DNA from: the human T2T-CHM13v2.0 reference genome, Homo sapiens
NCBI RefSeq assembly: GCF_009914755.1
Contig: NC_060940.1
Reading direction: 5' to 3' (one strand)
Length of the DNA: 64,000 nt
A program made the translations under genes and the position numbers. Every line of letters begins with the position of its first letter. The stretch's first letter is position 1. Of this stretch, positions 60,861 to 64,000 are shown one piece after another. A model generated the notes under the pieces. It searched no databases, was not told where the DNA came from, and worked only from the letters and a program-made list of their open reading frames with translations.

Positions 60861-61679
60861 ATCTCAATGACCCACTGTAATGTCTCTTGCTAATGCTTTC
60901 ACCTATAATACTAGTTATCTGCCCTCATGAAATCACAATTATGCCTGTGATCTTACAAGACATGTCAAGAGTTTTCAAGCTGAAAAAGCTGTAAAGATGC
61001 TTCCTGTCTTCATGGTAAGTGTTTCATGTGGGTGTAATACACAGGGATTAACAATCCTAGGCTCTTCTTTTGCCATGATACCCAGTTTTTCAGTCTTGCA
61101 AATACTGCATATTTTCTTAGTCCCCAAGAAACTAATGGAAGAGTTTACACATTTTTCCTAGGTGTCCCAGACCTCCCCCTAAGATGTGGATATCATATAT
61201 TAAATGGCAGAAAAATAAATTGAGTCTGAAAAAAATATAGTATACTGTCATCTTCCCACACACCTCCTTCAACACCATAAAGGGTGCTTTTGTGGAGGGG
61301 TTGTCTCCATCTCAAATGATTTAGTTATCTAATTTCAAGAACACTTTATTACAAGGCAGTTTCACCTGTAATATTCAATTTGATTAGGTAAATATTTTTG
61401 GAGCTCTTGCTGTATTTAAATCAAAGAAGTCATTTATATAAATAAGCAGTTTGTGTTTGCATGTAATTTGCAGTCTAGTTACAGGGAGAAAACTTGTAAC
61501 AAGGATTAGAATTTGTGGTAATAAAGGAAAAGTTAGAGTAAAAAAAAAACACACTTTTATAGGAGTTTAAAGATGGGAAAGAGCATATCCAGTTGAGGTG
61601 ATGGGGAAAGGCTCCCAAAGGAGAGGGCATCTCCGATGGCCTTTGAAGGACTTGGTTAAGGATGATGTGACAGGATAGG

Positions 61680-63079
61680 TGTAGTAGGCAGAATTCCAAG
61701 ACAACCCTGGGGTAAAATAAAGAATTTGTCTGGTCTTTGTCCTGGGTTTTAGGCTTAGAGTTCTTAAAAGCCTTGGGATTTCCTGAGTGAGGGGAATGTC
61801 TTTGCTATGCTAATGAAGTGACTCATTGTGGGCCACTAGATAGCTTCAGAATGGGGTCTGGTCACCAGAAAGACCAACCACAGGCTGAGCGTGATACGCT
61901 TGTAATCCCAGCACTTTGGGAGGCCGAGGCGGGTAGATCACGAGATCAGGAGATCAAGATCATCCTGGCTAACACACTGAAACCCCGTCTCTACCAAAAA
62001 TACAAAAAATTAGCCAGGCATGGTGGCCAGCACCTGTAGCCTCAGCTACTTGGGAGGCTGAGGCAGAAGAATGGCGTGAGCATGGGAGGCGGAGTTTGCA
62101 GTGCACCAGTGCACTCCAGCGTGGGAGACAGAGCAAGATTCCGTCTTAAAAAAAAAAAAAAAAAAAAAAAAGACCAACTACATGATTAGAGGGTTGGAAT
62201 TTTGGACCTCCAGAGAGGAGAGAGGGAATGGAGACTGAGTTCAATTACATGCCCAATGACTTATGTAATCAATCATGAACACATAATGAAACTCCAGTAA
62301 AAACTCTGGACACCAAGGATGGTTGGAAATTTGTGGTTGGTGACCATTTGGATGTGCCTGGAGAGTGATGAACCTTTGACTCCATGAGGACAAGTGTGTA
62401 GAAGCTCTATGTTCCCTATAGCCCCCACTCTACGCATCTTTTATAATAAAACTATAATCATAAGTATTGCTTTTCTGAGTTTTGTGTCATCGTAGTGAAT
62501 TATCAAACTTGAGAAGGTTATAGGAACCCACAAATTTATAGCCAGTCAATCAGAAGGGTGGCCTTGGATCTCACTTGCATCTAAAGTGGGGTCAGTCCTA
62601 TGGAGGGCTTTGTCCTCAACTTGCAGAGATTCTCTTCAGTGGGCCTGACCAAGTCAGGTGATCCATTAAAAGGAGTAGGGCTCTTCCTAGCAAGACAACT
62701 GGAAGCATCAGAAGGATTCAACAGGAGAAACATTATCCATTGCTGGCTTTGAATACTGAGTGGGCCATACAGCAAGGAATATGCCAGCCTCTAGGAGAGT
62801 GGAGCCGTGGCTGACAGCTAAGGAAATAGGTACCTCAGTCCTGCAACCTCAAGAGACTGAATTCTGCCACAACCATATGAACTTGGAAGAGGATCCTGAT
62901 CTCAAGATGAGAGCCTGGCTGACACTTTGACAAGCTTTCACCTCAACCTTGTGAAACTCTGAGAACCAATCCATGCTACACCCAGACTTCTGAGCTACAG
63001 AACTGAGGTCATAAACAGGTTTTTCTTTAAGCTATTAAGTTTGTAGAAATTTGTTTCACAGCAGTAGGAAACTGATAAA
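61680..63079 (+). mobile_element. MLT1D/E-like LTR interrupted by a MER21-like LTR (about 61708-62630)
   Basis: tgtagtaggcagaattcc start; MER21 atgctaatgaagtgactc...ggtcaccagaaagacc; MLT1 resumes gggcctgaccaagtcagg...gcagtaggaaactgataaa. Confidence 0.75.
61883..62170 (+). mobile_element. AluY-like with two small internal deletions
   Basis: gagatcaagatcatcctggctaacac and gaatggcgtga; TSD aaagaccaac[c/t]aca. Confidence 0.88.
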
Positions 63080-63132
63080 GAGGACCTGGTGATGAATGTC
63101 ATGAACCATATCATCATCCTGTGTGGCCATAC

Positions 63133-64000
63133 TGAGAGGTGACAGTGTACTGGCAGCCTTGGCAGCCCTGGCTCACTCTCAGCACCACCTCAGCCTCGGC
63201 GCCCACTCTGGCCACACTTGAGGAGCCCTTCAGCCGGCCACTGCACTGTGGGAGTCCCTCTCTGGGTTGGCCAAGGCCGGAGCCGGCTCCCTCTGCTTGC
63301 AGGGAGGTGTGGAGGGAGAGGCACAGGAGGGAACGGAGGCTGCGCACGCTGCTCGCTGGCCAGCACGAGTGCCAGGTGGGCATGGGCTCAGCGGGCCCGC
63401 ACTCTGAGCAGCCAGCTGGCACTGCCAGCTGAGGGACTTAGCACCCGGGCCAGCAGCTGCAGAGGGTGCACCAGTTCCCCGAGCAGTGACGGCCCACCAA
63501 CACCGCACTCAAATTCTCGCCAGGCCTCAGCTGCCTCCCCATGGGGCAGGGCTCGGACCTGCAGCCAGTCATGCCTGAGCCTCCACATCATGCCGTGGGC
63601 TCCTGCGTGGCCCAAGCCTCCCCGACGAGAGCCGCCCCCTGCTCCATGGCACCCGGTCTCATCAACTGCCCAAGGGCTGAGGAGTGCAGGTGCATGGTGC
63701 AGAACTGGCAGGCAGCTCCACCTGCCACCCTGGTGCAGGATCTGCTAGGTGAAGCCAGCTGGGCTCCTGAGTCTAGTGGGGACTTGGAGAACTTTTATGT
63801 CTAGCTAAGGGATTGTAGATACACCAACCAGCACTCTGTGTCTAGCTCAAGGTTTGTAAACGCACCAATCAGTGCTCTGTGTCTATCTAATCTAGTGGGT
63901 ACTTGGAGAACTTCTGTGTCTAGCTCAGGGATTGTAAATGCACCAATCATCACCCTGTCAAAATGGACCAATCAGCTATCTGTAAAACAGACCAATCAGC
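63133..64000 (+). mobile_element. LTR12-family (HERV9) LTR, U3 part, running off the window end
   Basis: tgagaggtgacag...gaggagcccttcagcc...ggtgaagccagctgggctcctgagtctagtggggacttggagaac; repeated gtctagct..ggattgtaaa..caccaatcagc units. Confidence 0.92.

Noticed and set aside
63114-63804. Longest ORFs in the track (up to 176 aa)
   Set aside because: They overlap in several frames on both strands within the GC-rich U3 of LTR12; low stop density, not a gene.

Overview
Primate (human-like) non-genic DNA with no supportable intact protein-coding gene or RNA gene. The ORFs in the track are almost all Alu, L1, LTR or simple-repeat artefacts. The window is a dense mosaic of transposon fossils: about 17 Alus (J, S and Y), L1PA/PB/MA/MB/M, L2, MIR, CR1, MaLR/ERVL/ERV1 solo LTRs (MLT1, THE1, LTR16/33, MER57, MER31, MER21, LTR12) and hAT/Tc1 MITEs (MER20, MER58A, MER8, MER97, MER30, MER102, MER1A). 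Subfamily names come from recalled consensus sequences, not a search. Two things are not explained by known repeats. (1) An AT-rich island at about 19109-25524, bracketed by a degenerate 14-15 bp target-site duplication. On the minus strand it carries, in the correct order and roughly the correct spacing, decayed capping-domain and methyltransferase motifs of a negative-strand RNA virus L polymerase, most like chuviruses. It is a candidate ancient, 5'-truncated, L1-retrotransposed endogenous viral element, interleaved with same-strand L1 pieces. (2) A roughly 309-bp, about 92%-identical inverted duplication (5967-6274 / 7158-7466) around an 883-bp spacer. Smaller observations include a SOX/POU motif cluster near 59.1 kb, a tandem duplication with a templated junction, a 37-bp triplication and a long (GAAA)n tract.
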